Sequence record: DRR723986_3397
Strand: one strand, 5' to 3'
Length of the DNA: 40,019 nt
The translations under genes and the position numbers were made by a program. Positions 1 to 9,934 of the stretch are shown here, one piece after another; position 1 is the first letter of the stretch, and each line of letters starts with the position of its first letter. The notes under the pieces were generated by a model. That model did not search any database. It saw only the letters and a list, made by a program, of their open reading frames with translations, and was not told the origin of the DNA.

Positions 1-25
1 AAAGGGAAATACAGGTTTTCTGGCG

Positions 26-87
26 AGAGAGCGGAACCCAAGCCGAGTGGGCGATCAAGAACGACAAGAGATCGGAACCCAAGCCGA
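26..87. repeat. Two copies of a 21-bp direct repeat, AGAGA[G/T]CGGAACCCAAGCCGA (26-46, 67-87)
   Basis: 20/21 identical, period 41 bp, directly after the spoT stop; the second copy folds as ATCGG-loop-CCGAT. Confidence 0.8.
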
Positions 88-2328
88 TTAGTGTGTCGCC
101 GTGTCTGCCACGGGCAAACGCACCTTTGCAAAAGCCCGGCCCTTCACACGGGTCACACGCTCCACGTATTCAAGCCTGCGCAAGGCCATCAAAATGCGCG
201 CCAAGTGCACACGGTCAGTCACCTGAATGGTGAAATGCAGCAATTTGCGGTAGGCCGTTTCATCACTCATCGTCAGGTTGGTGATGTTGGCACCTGCGTC
301 TGACAAAGTGGCCGCGATCGTGGCCAGTGCGCCTTTCTCGTTCACCGCCTGCAAATCTACATTTACATCAAATGGGCGGGTAATTTCGGGTGACCATTGA
401 ACATCGGTCCAGCGCTCCGGTTCCTTGCGAATCTGTTTGCGGGCTGTTTCGCATTCATCGGTGTGAATGATCAAGCCTGAGCCCTTGCGCACATAGCCAA
501 TAATATTGTCACCGGGAATGGGCAGGCAGCAGGGCGCGCGTTGAACCGACATGCCTTCGCCACCGTGAATCATGATGGGTGCACGGGCCTCCCCCTGGTT
601 GCCCGAAGGCGCGTCCACTCTGGCGTCGGCTCTTCCCAAAGCAATGAGTACTCGGCGAGCCACCACCGGTGCCACACGCCGACCCGCGCCAATATCAGCC
701 AGCAACTCGTCACGGGTGCCGACTTGTGAATCCTTCAGCAAGCGGTCCCAAACCTCATTGCTCAGGTTATCCAATTTGATTTGGTCTGCCTCAAGCGCCT
801 GCTCCAACAACCGGCTTCCCAGGCGCACGGTTTCCTCAAGGTTCATCGACTTCAAATAGTGCCGAATCTCGGAGCGCGCTTTGCCTGAACGCACAAAACC
901 CAGCCAGACCGGATTGGGACGGCTGTGAGGCGCGGTAATAATTTCGACCACATCACCACTCTTCAGAATGGTACGCAATGGCTCAATCACCTGGTTCACG
1001 CGTGCAGCCACGCAATGGTTGCCCACATCGGTGTGTACTGCGTAGGCAAAGTCGACCACCGTGGCACCCCTCGGCAGGCTCATGATCTTGCCGTTCGGGG
1101 TGAATACGTATACGGCGTCCGGGAACAGGTCTACCTTGATGTGTTCCAGAAACTCGGCCGAATCGCCGGTCTGGTTTTGAATGTCAAGCAGGCTTTGCAG
1201 CAGGCGGTGGGTTTGCGTTTGAATGGTATTGAGTGCCTCACCTTCGCCTTTGTACAGCCAATGTGAGGCCACACCTTTTTCCGCCACCTGGTGCATTTCT
1301 TCAGTGCGAATTTGAAATTCGACCGGTGTACCGTATGGACCCAGCAAGGTGGTGTGCAGGCTTTGGTAGCCGTTCAGTTTTGGAATGGCGATGTAGTCCT
1401 TGAACTTGCCCGGTACCGGCTTGAACAGTTGGTGCAACATGCCCATGGCCATGTAACAACCAGGCATGTCTTTCACCACAACGCGGAAACCGTACACATC
1501 CAGCACCTGGGAAAAGCTCAGGCGTTTTTCAATCATTTTGCGGTAAATACCGTACAAGGCCTTTTCCCGGCCATACACCTGGCATTCAATGTTGGCGTCG
1601 CTCAGGCATTTCTCCACAGCTTCCAGAATTTTGCCCACCACTTCACGACGGTTGCCCCGTGCTGCCAACACCGCTTTCTTCAGCACCTCATAGCGCATGG
1701 GGTAAGCATGCTGGAAGCTGAGTTCTTGCAGTTCGCGGAAAATTTCATTCAAGCCCAGTCGATGGGCGATGGGAGCATAAATTTCGAGGGTTTCTAGAGC
1801 AATGCGGCGTTTTTTGGCGGGACTCATGATGTCGAGCGTTCGCATATTGTGCAAACGGTCTGCCAACTTCACCAGAATGACCCGCAAGTCTCGGGCCATG
1901 GCCAACAGCATTTTGCGGAAGTTTTCGGCCTGAGCTTCTTCCCGGGAGGAAAACTCCATTTTGTCGAGTTTTGAAAGCCCATCAACCAAATCAGCCACTG
2001 ATCCGCCGAAGCGCTCAATCAGGTCCTCCTTGGTGGTGCCCGAGTCCTCCATCACATCATGAAGCAGGGCGGCTTGAATGGCTTGGCTGTCCAGGCGCCA
2101 ACTGGCACAAAGCTCGGCCACCGCAATGGGATGGGTCACATAGGGTTCACCCGTTGCACGAAACTGCCCCAAGTGCGCAACGTCAGAAAACTTGTAAGCC
2201 TCGCGAACGCGCCGGATCTCAGCCTCTGGCAAATATGTCGAGGCTAGTCCAATAAGCTGTGCGATAGAGACCACATCGGGTCGGTTTGGCTCAGGTTGAA
2301 GTTCTCTGGCTTGCATTGCCCCCCGCAT
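88..2328 (-). CDS. spoT: Bifunctional (p)ppGpp synthetase/hydrolase SpoT
   Basis: Intact HD hydrolase motif (LLHDVMED), KLADRLHNMRTL, synthetase KFKDYI...NGYQSLHT, TGS (DFAYAVHTDVG), CC motif and C-terminal ACT domain. Confidence 0.97.
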   Translation of the reverse strand: MRGAMQARELQPEPNRPDVVSIAQLIGLASTYLPEAEIRRVREAYKFSDVAHLGQFRATGEPYVTHPIAVAELCASWRLDSQAIQAALLHDVMEDSGTTKEDLIERFGGSVADLVDGLSKLDKMEFSSREEAQAENFRKMLLAMARDLRVILVKLADRLHNMRTLDIMSPAKKRRIALETLEIYAPIAHRLGLNEIFRELQELSFQHAYPMRYEVLKKAVLAARGNRREVVGKILEAVEKCLSDANIECQVYGREKALYGIYRKMIEKRLSFSQVLDVYGFRVVVKDMPGCYMAMGMLHQLFKPVPGKFKDYIAIPKLNGYQSLHTTLLGPYGTPVEFQIRTEEMHQVAEKGVASHWLYKGEGEALNTIQTQTHRLLQSLLDIQNQTGDSAEFLEHIKVDLFPDAVYVFTPNGKIMSLPRGATVVDFAYAVHTDVGNHCVAARVNQVIEPLRTILKSGDVVEIITAPHSRPNPVWLGFVRSGKARSEIRHYLKSMNLEETVRLGSRLLEQALEADQIKLDNLSNEVWDRLLKDSQVGTRDELLADIGAGRRVAPVVARRVLIALGRADARVDAPSGNQGEARAPIMIHGGEGMSVQRAPCCLPIPGDNIIGYVRKGSGLIIHTDECETARKQIRKEPERWTDVQWSPEITRPFDVNVDLQAVNEKGALATIAATLSDAGANITNLTMSDETAYRKLLHFTIQVTDRVHLARILMALRRLEYVERVTRVKGRAFAKVRLPVADTATH

Positions 2329-2375
2329 TTTGTACCACTGTTACAACTAAAACTACGATCTTCTATTGTGCAGTC

Positions 2376-2630
2376 TTACTTCTGGTCCGGCAAGACGATA
2401 TTGACTTCCAACATCTCCATATTGCCTTGTTTTTGAAGGTTAAACTTCACGTCTTCTTGGTCAATCTTGACGTATTTGGCGATCACTTGCATCAATTCGT
2501 CCCGCATTTGGGGCAAAAAGTCGGGGCCGTCCTGGTCTACACGCTCGCGTGCAATGATCAAAGACAGTCGTTCTTTTGCAACATTGGCCGATTTTTTCTT
2601 TTCGCCAAACAGCATGCTCAGTAGTGACAT
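2376..2630 (-). CDS. minE: Cell division topological specificity factor MinE
   Basis: [30 protein letters not shown]...LEVNIVLP; start moved to the ATG at 2630, just after the minD stop. Confidence 0.96.
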   Translation of the reverse strand: MSLLSMLFGEKKKSANVAKERLSLIIARERVDQDGPDFLPQMRDELMQVIAKYVKIDQEDVKFNLQKQGNMEMLEVNIVLPDQK

Positions 2631-2634
2631 GGTC

Positions 2635-3447
2635 TTAGCCTCCGAACAGGCGCTTGAGCAGACTTGGCTTTTCATAGTCTACAAAACGCAGTGGTTTGGT
2701 TTCGCCCAGGAAACGTGAGATACAGTCTTGGTAGGCCAAGGCGGCATCATTTTCTTCGGCGTGAATCACCGGCATGCCCTGGTTTGAGGCCTGCAATACA
2801 GTTTCGCTTTCAGGGATCACACCGAGCAAAGGCACGCGAAGCAGGTCGGCCACGTCGGTGTAGCTCAGCATTTCCCCATCAGCGGCGCGCTTGGCGGAGT
2901 AACGTGTAATCAGCAGGTGTTCTTTCACCGGCTCACCGCCCTCCTTGGCGCGTTTGCTCTTGGCTTGCAAAATGCCAATGATGCGGTCTGAATCCCGAAC
3001 GGAAGACACTTCCGGGTTAGTCACCACAATGGCCTCGTCGGCAAAGGTCAGGGCCATCACGGCGCCACGCTCAATGCCAGCAGGGCTATCGCACACAATG
3101 TATTCAAATCCCATTTCGATCAGGTCTTTGATCACTTTTTCCACACCTTCCTCGGTCAAGGCGTCTTTGTCGCGTGTCTGAGAGGCTGGAAGAATTGACA
3201 GCATGGGGCAGTGCTTGTCTTTGATCAAAGTTTGCTGAAGGCTTGCTTCACCGTTAATCACGTTGACCAGGTCATAGACCACCCGGCGCTCGCAACCCAT
3301 GATCAGGTCCAGGTTTCGCAAACCCACGTCAAAGTCGATTACCACTGTTTTAAAACCACGCAAGGCCAGGCCTGCGGAAAAACTTGCGCTGGTGGTAGTT
3401 TTACCAACGCCACCCTTACCGGATGTAACAACAATGACTCGACTCAC
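2635..3447 (-). CDS. minD: Septum site-determining ATPase MinD
   Basis: Deviant Walker [22 protein letters not shown]-terminal amphipathic [11 protein letters not shown] start at 3447 with AGGAGA RBS. Confidence 0.97.
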   Translation of the reverse strand: MSRVIVVTSGKGGVGKTTTSASFSAGLALRGFKTVVIDFDVGLRNLDLIMGCERRVVYDLVNVINGEASLQQTLIKDKHCPMLSILPASQTRDKDALTEEGVEKVIKDLIEMGFEYIVCDSPAGIERGAVMALTFADEAIVVTNPEVSSVRDSDRIIGILQAKSKRAKEGGEPVKEHLLITRYSAKRAADGEMLSYTDVADLLRVPLLGVIPESETVLQASNQGMPVIHAEENDAALAYQDCISRFLGETKPLRFVDYEKPSLLKRLFGG

Positions 3448-3457
3448 AAATGGTCTC

Positions 3458-4330
3458 CTAGCGGATGTTGATGGCTTTGAGTCGCAATGCTGCCGGCTCA
3501 GTGCCATGGTCAAGATGAATTAATGTAGGTTTGGAACGGTTCTCCTCGGGGAAACCGCCCTCGAATGTCAAATAGTAACCAGCCACGGCCACCAGTTCTG
3601 CTTCAAAACAGGTGGAGATGATTCTGGCTTGATTGTCGCCCGCTGCACCGGCCAAGGCGCGGCCGCGCAACACTCCGTAAACGTGCACATTGCCATCGGC
3701 GATGACTTCAGCACCAGCCGACACCTGCCCCATGACGATCAGGTCTGCCCCCTGGGCATAAATTTTTTGACCGCTGCGGACGGATTGGTCGATCACCATG
3801 GTTCGGCGGGCATTGTCAAAATTGGGCACTGCGGGGTGATTCGCCTGAATGAGCCCGGGTTCAGTGTCGGGTTTTGCCGCTGCGCTTGGGGCATCGGCTT
3901 GCACTGGCAGCGGCTCTTGTTCAGGTTCAGCCTGATTGGCCTGGCCGGTCTCGAAACGAATGCCCAATTCCTCTGCCTGGGATTCCAATGCGGTGCCGTG
4001 CCCTCGTGTCTCCACCAGCAGAACGCCTGCGGCTTGAAGCAATTCTGCGTAGGCTTTTAACTCAATGCCATGTTCAACGAGTTCGGCTTCGCTCCAGCCA
4101 GAGAAATCGAGAACTGCAGGTTCAGCGGAGTACACACCGGGTGTTGGCCCCAGGCGTTTTTTCAAGGCATCAAGGCTTTCCTGAAGCGGTGCAGGGCGCA
4201 GGGCGAATGTTACCGCCTTGATTTTGGCAAATTTGATGTCCAGCGGTGCTGAGGAGGGTTTGTTCAAGGTGATCGAGGTCCGGAAATTCTGAGTTTCAGC
4301 CAGCTTGTTTTCGGTCAATTTTACGAACAA
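3458..4330 (-). CDS. minC: Septum site-determining protein MinC (start uncertain, possibly TTG at 4267)
   Basis: C-terminal beta-helix VRSGQKIYA..DLIVMGQVSAGAEVIADGNVHVYGVLRGRALAGA; lies upstream of minDE. Confidence 0.94.
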   Translation of the reverse strand: MFVKLTENKLAETQNFRTSITLNKPSSAPLDIKFAKIKAVTFALRPAPLQESLDALKKRLGPTPGVYSAEPAVLDFSGWSEAELVEHGIELKAYAELLQAAGVLLVETRGHGTALESQAEELGIRFETGQANQAEPEQEPLPVQADAPSAAAKPDTEPGLIQANHPAVPNFDNARRTMVIDQSVRSGQKIYAQGADLIVMGQVSAGAEVIADGNVHVYGVLRGRALAGAAGDNQARIISTCFEAELVAVAGYYLTFEGGFPEENRSKPTLIHLDHGTEPAALRLKAINIR

Positions 4331-4360
4331 AGCCCGAGCCGTATGCCGGACTCGGGCTTT
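4323..4360 (-). terminator. Probable intrinsic terminator after rpoZ
   Basis: AAAGCCCGAG(4329-4338)/CTCGGGCTTT(4351-4360) stem; reads ...GGGCTTTGTT on the minus strand. Confidence 0.65.
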
Positions 4361-4382
4361 GGTGAATTCGCAATCGCCCGGA

Positions 4383-4589
4383 TTAGATGGGCACGCGTTT
4401 CAGCATTTCAGTGCCGATTTCCCCAGCGGCGATTTCACGCAGCGCGGTTACCGTGGGCTTGTCTTTGTCTGCTTTAACCTTTGGTGTGTGGCCTTGGGCC
4501 AGCATGCGGGCGCGGTAAGTGGCGCACAGGGCCATGTCGAAACGGTTAGGGATCTTTTTCAAGCAATCTTCAACGGTGATGCGGGCCAT
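4383..4589 (-). CDS. rpoZ: RNA polymerase omega subunit
   Basis: [16 protein letters not shown]...RAR.L...[11 protein letters not shown]. Confidence 0.97.
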   Translation of the reverse strand: MARITVEDCLKKIPNRFDMALCATYRARMLAQGHTPKVKADKDKPTVTALREIAAGEIGTEMLKRVPI

Positions 4590-4598
4590 CTGGTGTCC

Positions 4599-5246
4599 TT
4601 ACAGTCCAATACTTTTGAGTTGCGCCCCGTGGCGCGCCATTTGCTGGTTGAAACGGCAACGGGATGCGAAGACGATCGATTTCAGCTCCAAAAGAGCCTG
4701 TGTGAAATCATCATTAAGGATAACATAATCAAAGCGTCTCGCCTGCTCGATCTCGAGTTGTGCAGCACCCATTCTCTTCAAAATTACCTCTTCACTGTCT
4801 GTGCCGCGTCCGCGCAGTCTTTTTTCGAGTTCTTCGATGCTTGGCGGAAGAATGAAGATCGACACGACGTTTTCTACCTTGCGCACCACTTGCTCGGCGC
4901 CTTGCCAGTCAATTTCCAGAAGTACGTCGCGGTCAATTGCCATTTGCCCTTCCACCCATGAACGCGATGTGCCGTAGTAGTTGCCGTGCACATGGGCCCA
5001 TTCCAGAAAGCCGTCTTGGTCTCGGATGGCTTCGAACTCGGGCTGGGAGATGAAATGATAGTCTTTGCCATCAACCTCGCCAGGGCGCGCCTTTCGAGTG
5101 GTATTGGAGATGGAAAGACCAATGCCCTGAACCTCGGCCAAAAGCGCTTTCACCAGCGAGGATTTGCCAGCGCCTGAAGGTGCGCTGACAATAAACAGGC
5201 TGCCAGAATACTGTGGCGTGTGCTGGGGTTGGGCCAAGGCGGTCAT
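4599..5246 (-). CDS. gmk: Guanylate kinase
   Basis: SAPSGAGKSS P-loop, TTRKARPGEVDGKDYHF, GNYYGTS; ATG at 5246 chosen as start. Confidence 0.97.
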   Translation of the reverse strand: MTALAQPQHTPQYSGSLFIVSAPSGAGKSSLVKALLAEVQGIGLSISNTTRKARPGEVDGKDYHFISQPEFEAIRDQDGFLEWAHVHGNYYGTSRSWVEGQMAIDRDVLLEIDWQGAEQVVRKVENVVSIFILPPSIEELEKRLRGRGTDSEEVILKRMGAAQLEIEQARRFDYVILNDDFTQALLELKSIVFASRCRFNQQMARHGAQLKSIGL

Positions 5247-5316
5247 GAAGCGCTCGAACAAGGATCAATAAGCCGTGATTCTATGGGATTTCCTGTGGAC
5301 TCGCCATGCCGCATGT

Positions 5317-6219
5317 TTATTCAGAGTGCTTGGAATGCTCTGTCAGAACAAACCACGGTTTTGTAGAGGTTTCATCGCCGAAGCCACTGCCTTTGTTCAC
5401 TTGATAACTTGAAATGGGCGCGGCGATTAATTCCCGTTCATTGGGCAGTAGGGCATTCGACACGGACACATCTTTGGCCAGCTCAGTTTCAATCACGCAG
5501 CTGACCGTACCAAAAAGGCTCGAAACCATGGCGGCGGATGGCTCGTCGCACTTGCGCATGCTCAAGAAATAGTCGGGAACGAAAGGTTTACCCGTTTTTG
5601 CCGCGTCCAGCATCGCCAGAAACATCGGAGAGTTGCGATTCAGGTTGTGTTGGGCCTGGGCTGATTGCACAGGCAGGGCATTCAAAAAGCTGATCAATAT
5701 CAGGCTGCGCTCTCGCTGATCCGAGTGCTGCTGTGGTGCGCCCTTAAACTCCCCACGCAAAAATTCGTTCATGCGTTGCGAGTATCCATCCGTTGCAATG
5801 TAATCCCGAAGCACGCACCGTTCTGCTGCGGTAACCGGCAGGGGCTGTGGCCCCTGCTTATTGACATTGGGCATCGTTTGAGGTGCTGACAGCACTTCAA
5901 TCCTTTCCTGAAGGGACAGCTCGTTTTCGAACTTGTATCGCTCACCCACTTTGACTTTTGGAATTTCCCCCTGGCTGGAATTGCCGATTTCCAGGCGGCC
6001 GCTTTTGATCAGGTCCATATCAGCCAGTTTTTCCTGACCAACCCGGTATTGAGCGAGATCGTCGCGTTGCATCCGCAGTGTGGGGTGGCACAACAAGGCT
6101 TGTGCCGCTCGCTGCTGCCCTTTGGCGACCAAAAGCAGACCGGCAAGGCGCGGGTCTGTGGCTGCGTGGGGTAACACGTGCTTCAGTAGTTGATTGAGAA
6201 AAGAGACAGGCGTGGTCAT
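5317..6219 (-). CDS. Orphan protein with a putative C-terminal ADP-ribosyltransferase-like (C3/VIP2/ExoS-type) domain
   Basis: LRDY...GY..MNEFLRG, LNALP, FLSMR at the STS position, AKDVS....PNERELI..P..Y.V (ExE loop); the canonical YRG arginine appears absent. Confidence 0.55.
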   Translation of the reverse strand: MTTPVSFLNQLLKHVLPHAATDPRLAGLLLVAKGQQRAAQALLCHPTLRMQRDDLAQYRVGQEKLADMDLIKSGRLEIGNSSQGEIPKVKVGERYKFENELSLQERIEVLSAPQTMPNVNKQGPQPLPVTAAERCVLRDYIATDGYSQRMNEFLRGEFKGAPQQHSDQRERSLILISFLNALPVQSAQAQHNLNRNSPMFLAMLDAAKTGKPFVPDYFLSMRKCDEPSAAMVSSLFGTVSCVIETELAKDVSVSNALLPNERELIAAPISSYQVNKGSGFGDETSTKPWFVLTEHSKHSE

Positions 6220-6301
6220 TGGGCAAGGTCTCGAACAAACGAAAGTTCGATTGGGTGCCCAAGTATTCGGATTGGTTCAGTTCAATTGCAAATGCCGAAG
6301 T

Positions 6302-7231
6302 TTATTCGATGTTCTGGACCTGCTCGCGAAACTGCTCCACCAACACTTTCAAATCAATGCTGGCCTGGGTTTGCGCAATCGCGTGTGCTTTGCTGCCCAA
6401 AGTGTTGGCCTCGCGGTTCAATTCCTGGGTTACAAAATCCAGCCGTTTGCCAATCACCCCGCCTTTTTTCAGAATACGGCGAACCTCAGTGAAGTGCGTT
6501 TGGAGTCGCTCAACTTCCTCTTTCACATCAATGCGTACGCTGTGCAGGGCCACCTCGTGTTTGATGCGTTCTTCAAGGTCTTCCACGGTCAAGTGGCTTG
6601 CTTTGTCCGAAATGATTTTGTCAAAGGCCTCGGTCATGCGTTCCCGAATCTTGCCTTCATAGTGGGCCAAAAATTGGGGCAACATCGGCAGCAGGCTGTT
6701 CACAATCGCCTCCATTCCATCGATTTTTTCCAGAAGCACCGCTGCAAGGCCAGCACCCTCACGTTCGCGGCTTTGCTTTAAGGTTTCAATGGCCTGGTCG
6801 CACAAGGTTGAAATGGTTTCTTGCAACTCTTCGCCGCTCAGGCTGTTGTCTTCGACCACACCGGGCCAGTTCAGCACCTCGGTAATGCGAAAGCCGTTGG
6901 CCTTGGGCAAGGCACCTTGAATGCTGGCCTCAAGCGCAGCCAATTGTTTGACTTGTTCCAGATCAACCTTCGGAATCCGTTTTTCACCCTCTGCACGTCC
7001 CCAGGAAATCCGGCATTCCACCTTCCCACGGCTCAGCGCATTCATCAGTTTTTCGCGGATCAGTGGTTCCACCATGCGCAGGTCATCGGCCATGCGGAAG
7101 TTCAGGTCCAGAAAACGGGAATTCACGCTGCGCAACTCCATGCTCAGGGTGCCAGCACGGGTCGTGCTTTGTGTATTGGCAAAGCCTGTCATGCTGTGTA
7201 CTGCGGCGGTGTTTTTGCTGTCCTTGCTCAT
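6302..7231 (-). CDS. yicC: YicC/YloC family endoribonuclease
   Basis: SMTGFA, ELRSVNSRFLD, RGKVEC, GKRLDF..QELNREANTLGSK, EQFREQVQNIE; upstream of gmk as usual. Confidence 0.95.
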   Translation of the reverse strand: MSKDSKNTAAVHSMTGFANTQSTTRAGTLSMELRSVNSRFLDLNFRMADDLRMVEPLIREKLMNALSRGKVECRISWGRAEGEKRIPKVDLEQVKQLAALEASIQGALPKANGFRITEVLNWPGVVEDNSLSGEELQETISTLCDQAIETLKQSREREGAGLAAVLLEKIDGMEAIVNSLLPMLPQFLAHYEGKIRERMTEAFDKIISDKASHLTVEDLEERIKHEVALHSVRIDVKEEVERLQTHFTEVRRILKKGGVIGKRLDFVTQELNREANTLGSKAHAIAQTQASIDLKVLVEQFREQVQNIE

Positions 7232-7308
7232 TTGCGGCCTGTGCGTGTGTGTCGGTGGTGCATGGATTGTAAACTCTGGGCTGGTGCTTGTTTTATTCGG
7301 GGGTGTTT

Positions 7309-8511
7309 TTGTCGGGTCGAATCATTGCCCATTTGGACATGGACGCCTTCTACGCCAATGCCGAATTGGTGCGCAACCCGGCTTTGCGGGGTTTGCCCGT
7401 GGCTGTTGGGGGGCGCCGAGGCATGCAGCCGCTGCCTGGGCAGCAATTCCCGACCTTGGCACAGTACCAGGGCAGGGGTGTGTTAACCACCGCCAACTAC
7501 GAAGCCCGTGCACTGGGTTTGCATTCGGCCATGCCCACCATGAAAGCAGCAAAACTGGCGCCTCACGCGGTGTTGTTGCCCGCCGATTTCGACTGGTACA
7601 AAACCCTGTCAAGGCAGTTCAAGACCGCCGTGCGGGAATTGGCACCCAACGTGGAAGATCGCGGTATCGATGAAATCTACATTGATTTGACCGCGGAAAC
7701 CGGGGGGGATTATGAGGCAGCCATTGAACTGGCGCGCCGATTAAAGGCTGCAGTAACCCGGGCCACTGGCGGCATGACCTGTTCAGTGGGTCTGTCCGAG
7801 AACAAGTTGACCTCCAAGATCTGCTCCGACTTGCAAAAACCAAACGGTCTAAGCGTGGTGCGCCCCGACCAGTTTCAGGAAATGATCTGGCCGCTTCCGG
7901 TGGGCAAAATCAACGGTGTCGGGCCCAAGGCTCAGGAAAAGCTGAAAGCCATGGGTGTCAACAGCATTGCCGAGCTGGCTGCTCAACCCGTCGATTTGCT
8001 TCAGATGCGTTTCGGCGAAAGTTATGGGCTTTGGATGCATGAAAGCGCCCATGGTATTGACCGGCGGGAAGTCACTTTGTTTTCGGAACCGAAAAGCATC
8101 AGCCGTGAAACCACGTTCGAGAACGACATGCATGTGCGCAGGCAACGCGACAACTTGACGCAGGTACTTGAGCACCTTGCAGACAAGCTTTCTCAAGACT
8201 TGGCCCGAAAGCAGCGGCTGGCAAAAACCATTGGCGTGAAAGTGCGTTTCGCGGATTTCAAATCCCTGACCCGCGATGTCACCACTGGATTGACCGTCCG
8301 CACAGCGGATGAGGTTTTGCAAGCCGCTCGAGCTTGCCTGAAGAAAATTCCGTTTGAAGACAAAGGAGCCAGATCAACCATCCGCCTGTTGGGAATCAAA
8401 GCCAGCCATCTGATTACCCCTGCGGAGGATGCGCTTGAAAAGGCTGCAGAGGAAAGCAGGCGAACCAAAGGGCAAGCCCAGTTGTTTCTCGACCTTGAAG
8501 ATGCGCCATAA
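7309..8511 (+). CDS. dinB: Y-family DNA polymerase IV
   Basis: IAHLDMDAFYA, TTANYEAR, GIDEIYID, SDLQKPNG, PKSISRETTF; TTG start at 7309 inferred. Confidence 0.93.
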   Translation: MSGRIIAHLDMDAFYANAELVRNPALRGLPVAVGGRRGMQPLPGQQFPTLAQYQGRGVLTTANYEARALGLHSAMPTMKAAKLAPHAVLLPADFDWYKTLSRQFKTAVRELAPNVEDRGIDEIYIDLTAETGGDYEAAIELARRLKAAVTRATGGMTCSVGLSENKLTSKICSDLQKPNGLSVVRPDQFQEMIWPLPVGKINGVGPKAQEKLKAMGVNSIAELAAQPVDLLQMRFGESYGLWMHESAHGIDRREVTLFSEPKSISRETTFENDMHVRRQRDNLTQVLEHLADKLSQDLARKQRLAKTIGVKVRFADFKSLTRDVTTGLTVRTADEVLQAARACLKKIPFEDKGARSTIRLLGIKASHLITPAEDALEKAAEESRRTKGQAQLFLDLEDAP

Positions 8512-8549
8512 TGCGTGCACTACGAAAGAACACGCACTGGAGAATTTGA

Positions 8550-9281
8550 ATGAATGCCACCACAGCCCGCCCTGACGGGCGAAGCCCCCACACCTTGCGC
8601 AATATCAGCCTGGAGCGCAATTACACCAAGCATGCCGAGGGTTCAGTCATGGTGCGTTTCGGCGACACCCATGTGTTGTGCACCTGCAGTGTTGAAGACA
8701 AGGTGCCGGGCTTTTTGAAGGGTCAGAATCAGGGTTGGTTGACTGCCGAATACGGCATGTTGCCCCGTTCTACCCATTCCCGCATGGATCGTGAGGCGGC
8801 CAAGGGCAAGCAAAGTGGCCGCACGCAGGAAATTCAGCGTTTGATTGGTCGTGCCTTGCGCGCAGCTGTCGATTTAAACAAGCTGGGTGAACGCACCTTG
8901 AAAATTGATTGCGATGTGATCCAGGCCGATGGCGGTACACGCACGGCATCGATCACGGGCGCCATGGTCGCTGTGGCCGATGCAATTGGCAAACTGGTGG
9001 CCAGCGGCGCTTTGGCTGAAAACCCGATCAAGCAGTTCGTAGCGGCTGTGTCGGTGGGAGTGGTCAATGGGCAGGTGGTGCTTGACTTGAATTACGACGA
9101 AGACTCCACCTGCGAAACCGACTTGAATGTGGTGATGACCGAGAAAGGCGGCTTTGTAGAAGTGCAGGGCACCGCCGAGGGCGATGCCTTTAGCCGGGAC
9201 GAATTGAATGGCATGCTGGACTCTGCCGCAGCCGGTATTGCTGAGCTGGTTCGCCTGCAGAAAGCGGCTTTACAGGCATAA
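8550..9281 (+). CDS. rph: Ribonuclease PH
   Basis: [45 protein letters not shown]. Confidence 0.98.
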   Translation: MNATTARPDGRSPHTLRNISLERNYTKHAEGSVMVRFGDTHVLCTCSVEDKVPGFLKGQNQGWLTAEYGMLPRSTHSRMDREAAKGKQSGRTQEIQRLIGRALRAAVDLNKLGERTLKIDCDVIQADGGTRTASITGAMVAVADAIGKLVASGALAENPIKQFVAAVSVGVVNGQVVLDLNYDEDSTCETDLNVVMTEKGGFVEVQGTAEGDAFSRDELNGMLDSAAAGIAELVRLQKAALQA

Positions 9282-9304
9282 AAACCAAGTTGGATTACAA
9301 AGCG

Positions 9305-9934
9305 ATGGCAGCGAACAGCGAATGGGTATTGGCCAGTGGCAACAAGGGCAAACTGCGGGAATTTCAGGACCTGTTTGCCCCTTGGGGCGTGAATTGGGTT
9401 GCACAAGGTGAACTGGGTGTGCCCGATGCCGAGGAGCCCTTTCATACCTTTGTGGAGAACGCCCTGACCAAGGCGCGCCATGCCAGCCGCCTTACAGGCC
9501 GCCCCGCGCTGGCCGATGACTCGGGCCTGTGCGTGCCGGCCATTGGGGGGGCGCCGGGCGTGTTGTCGGCCCGCTATGCCACCTTGTTTGGGCAAGACAA
9601 GAGCGATGCCAACAACAACGCCTGCCTGATTGACAAGCTCAAGGGTGTTGAAGACCGACGGGCGTACTTCGTGTGTGCCATGGTTTGGGTGACCCATGCC
9701 GACGACCCCACACCCACCATTGCTCAAAAAATGTGGTGGGGCGAGGTCATTGATACACCGCAAGGTGAGCACGGTTTTGGTTACGACCCTCACTTCTGGT
9801 TGCCAGAGCATCAGTGCACGGCCGCTCAAATGCCCAAAGAATTGAAAAACCGTTTCAGTCACCGTGCCCAGGCCACTCAAGCCCTGTTGCTTGAATTGCA
9901 GCAGCGGCTGGGTTTGAAAAAGGCGGTTGCGTAA
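9305..9934 (+). CDS. rdgB: Non-canonical purine NTP pyrophosphatase (HAM1 family)
   Basis: LASGNKGKLRE, ADDSGL, GAPGVLSARY, GFGYDP, SHRAQA. Confidence 0.95.
   Translation: MAANSEWVLASGNKGKLREFQDLFAPWGVNWVAQGELGVPDAEEPFHTFVENALTKARHASRLTGRPALADDSGLCVPAIGGAPGVLSARYATLFGQDKSDANNNACLIDKLKGVEDRRAYFVCAMVWVTHADDPTPTIAQKMWWGEVIDTPQGEHGFGYDPHFWLPEHQCTAAQMPKELKNRFSHRAQATQALLLELQQRLGLKKAVA

Noticed and set aside
6220-6301. hrp/PIP-box search upstream of the ART-like gene and the other orphans
   Set aside because: No TTCG-N16-TTCG or GGAACC-N16-CCAC match seen
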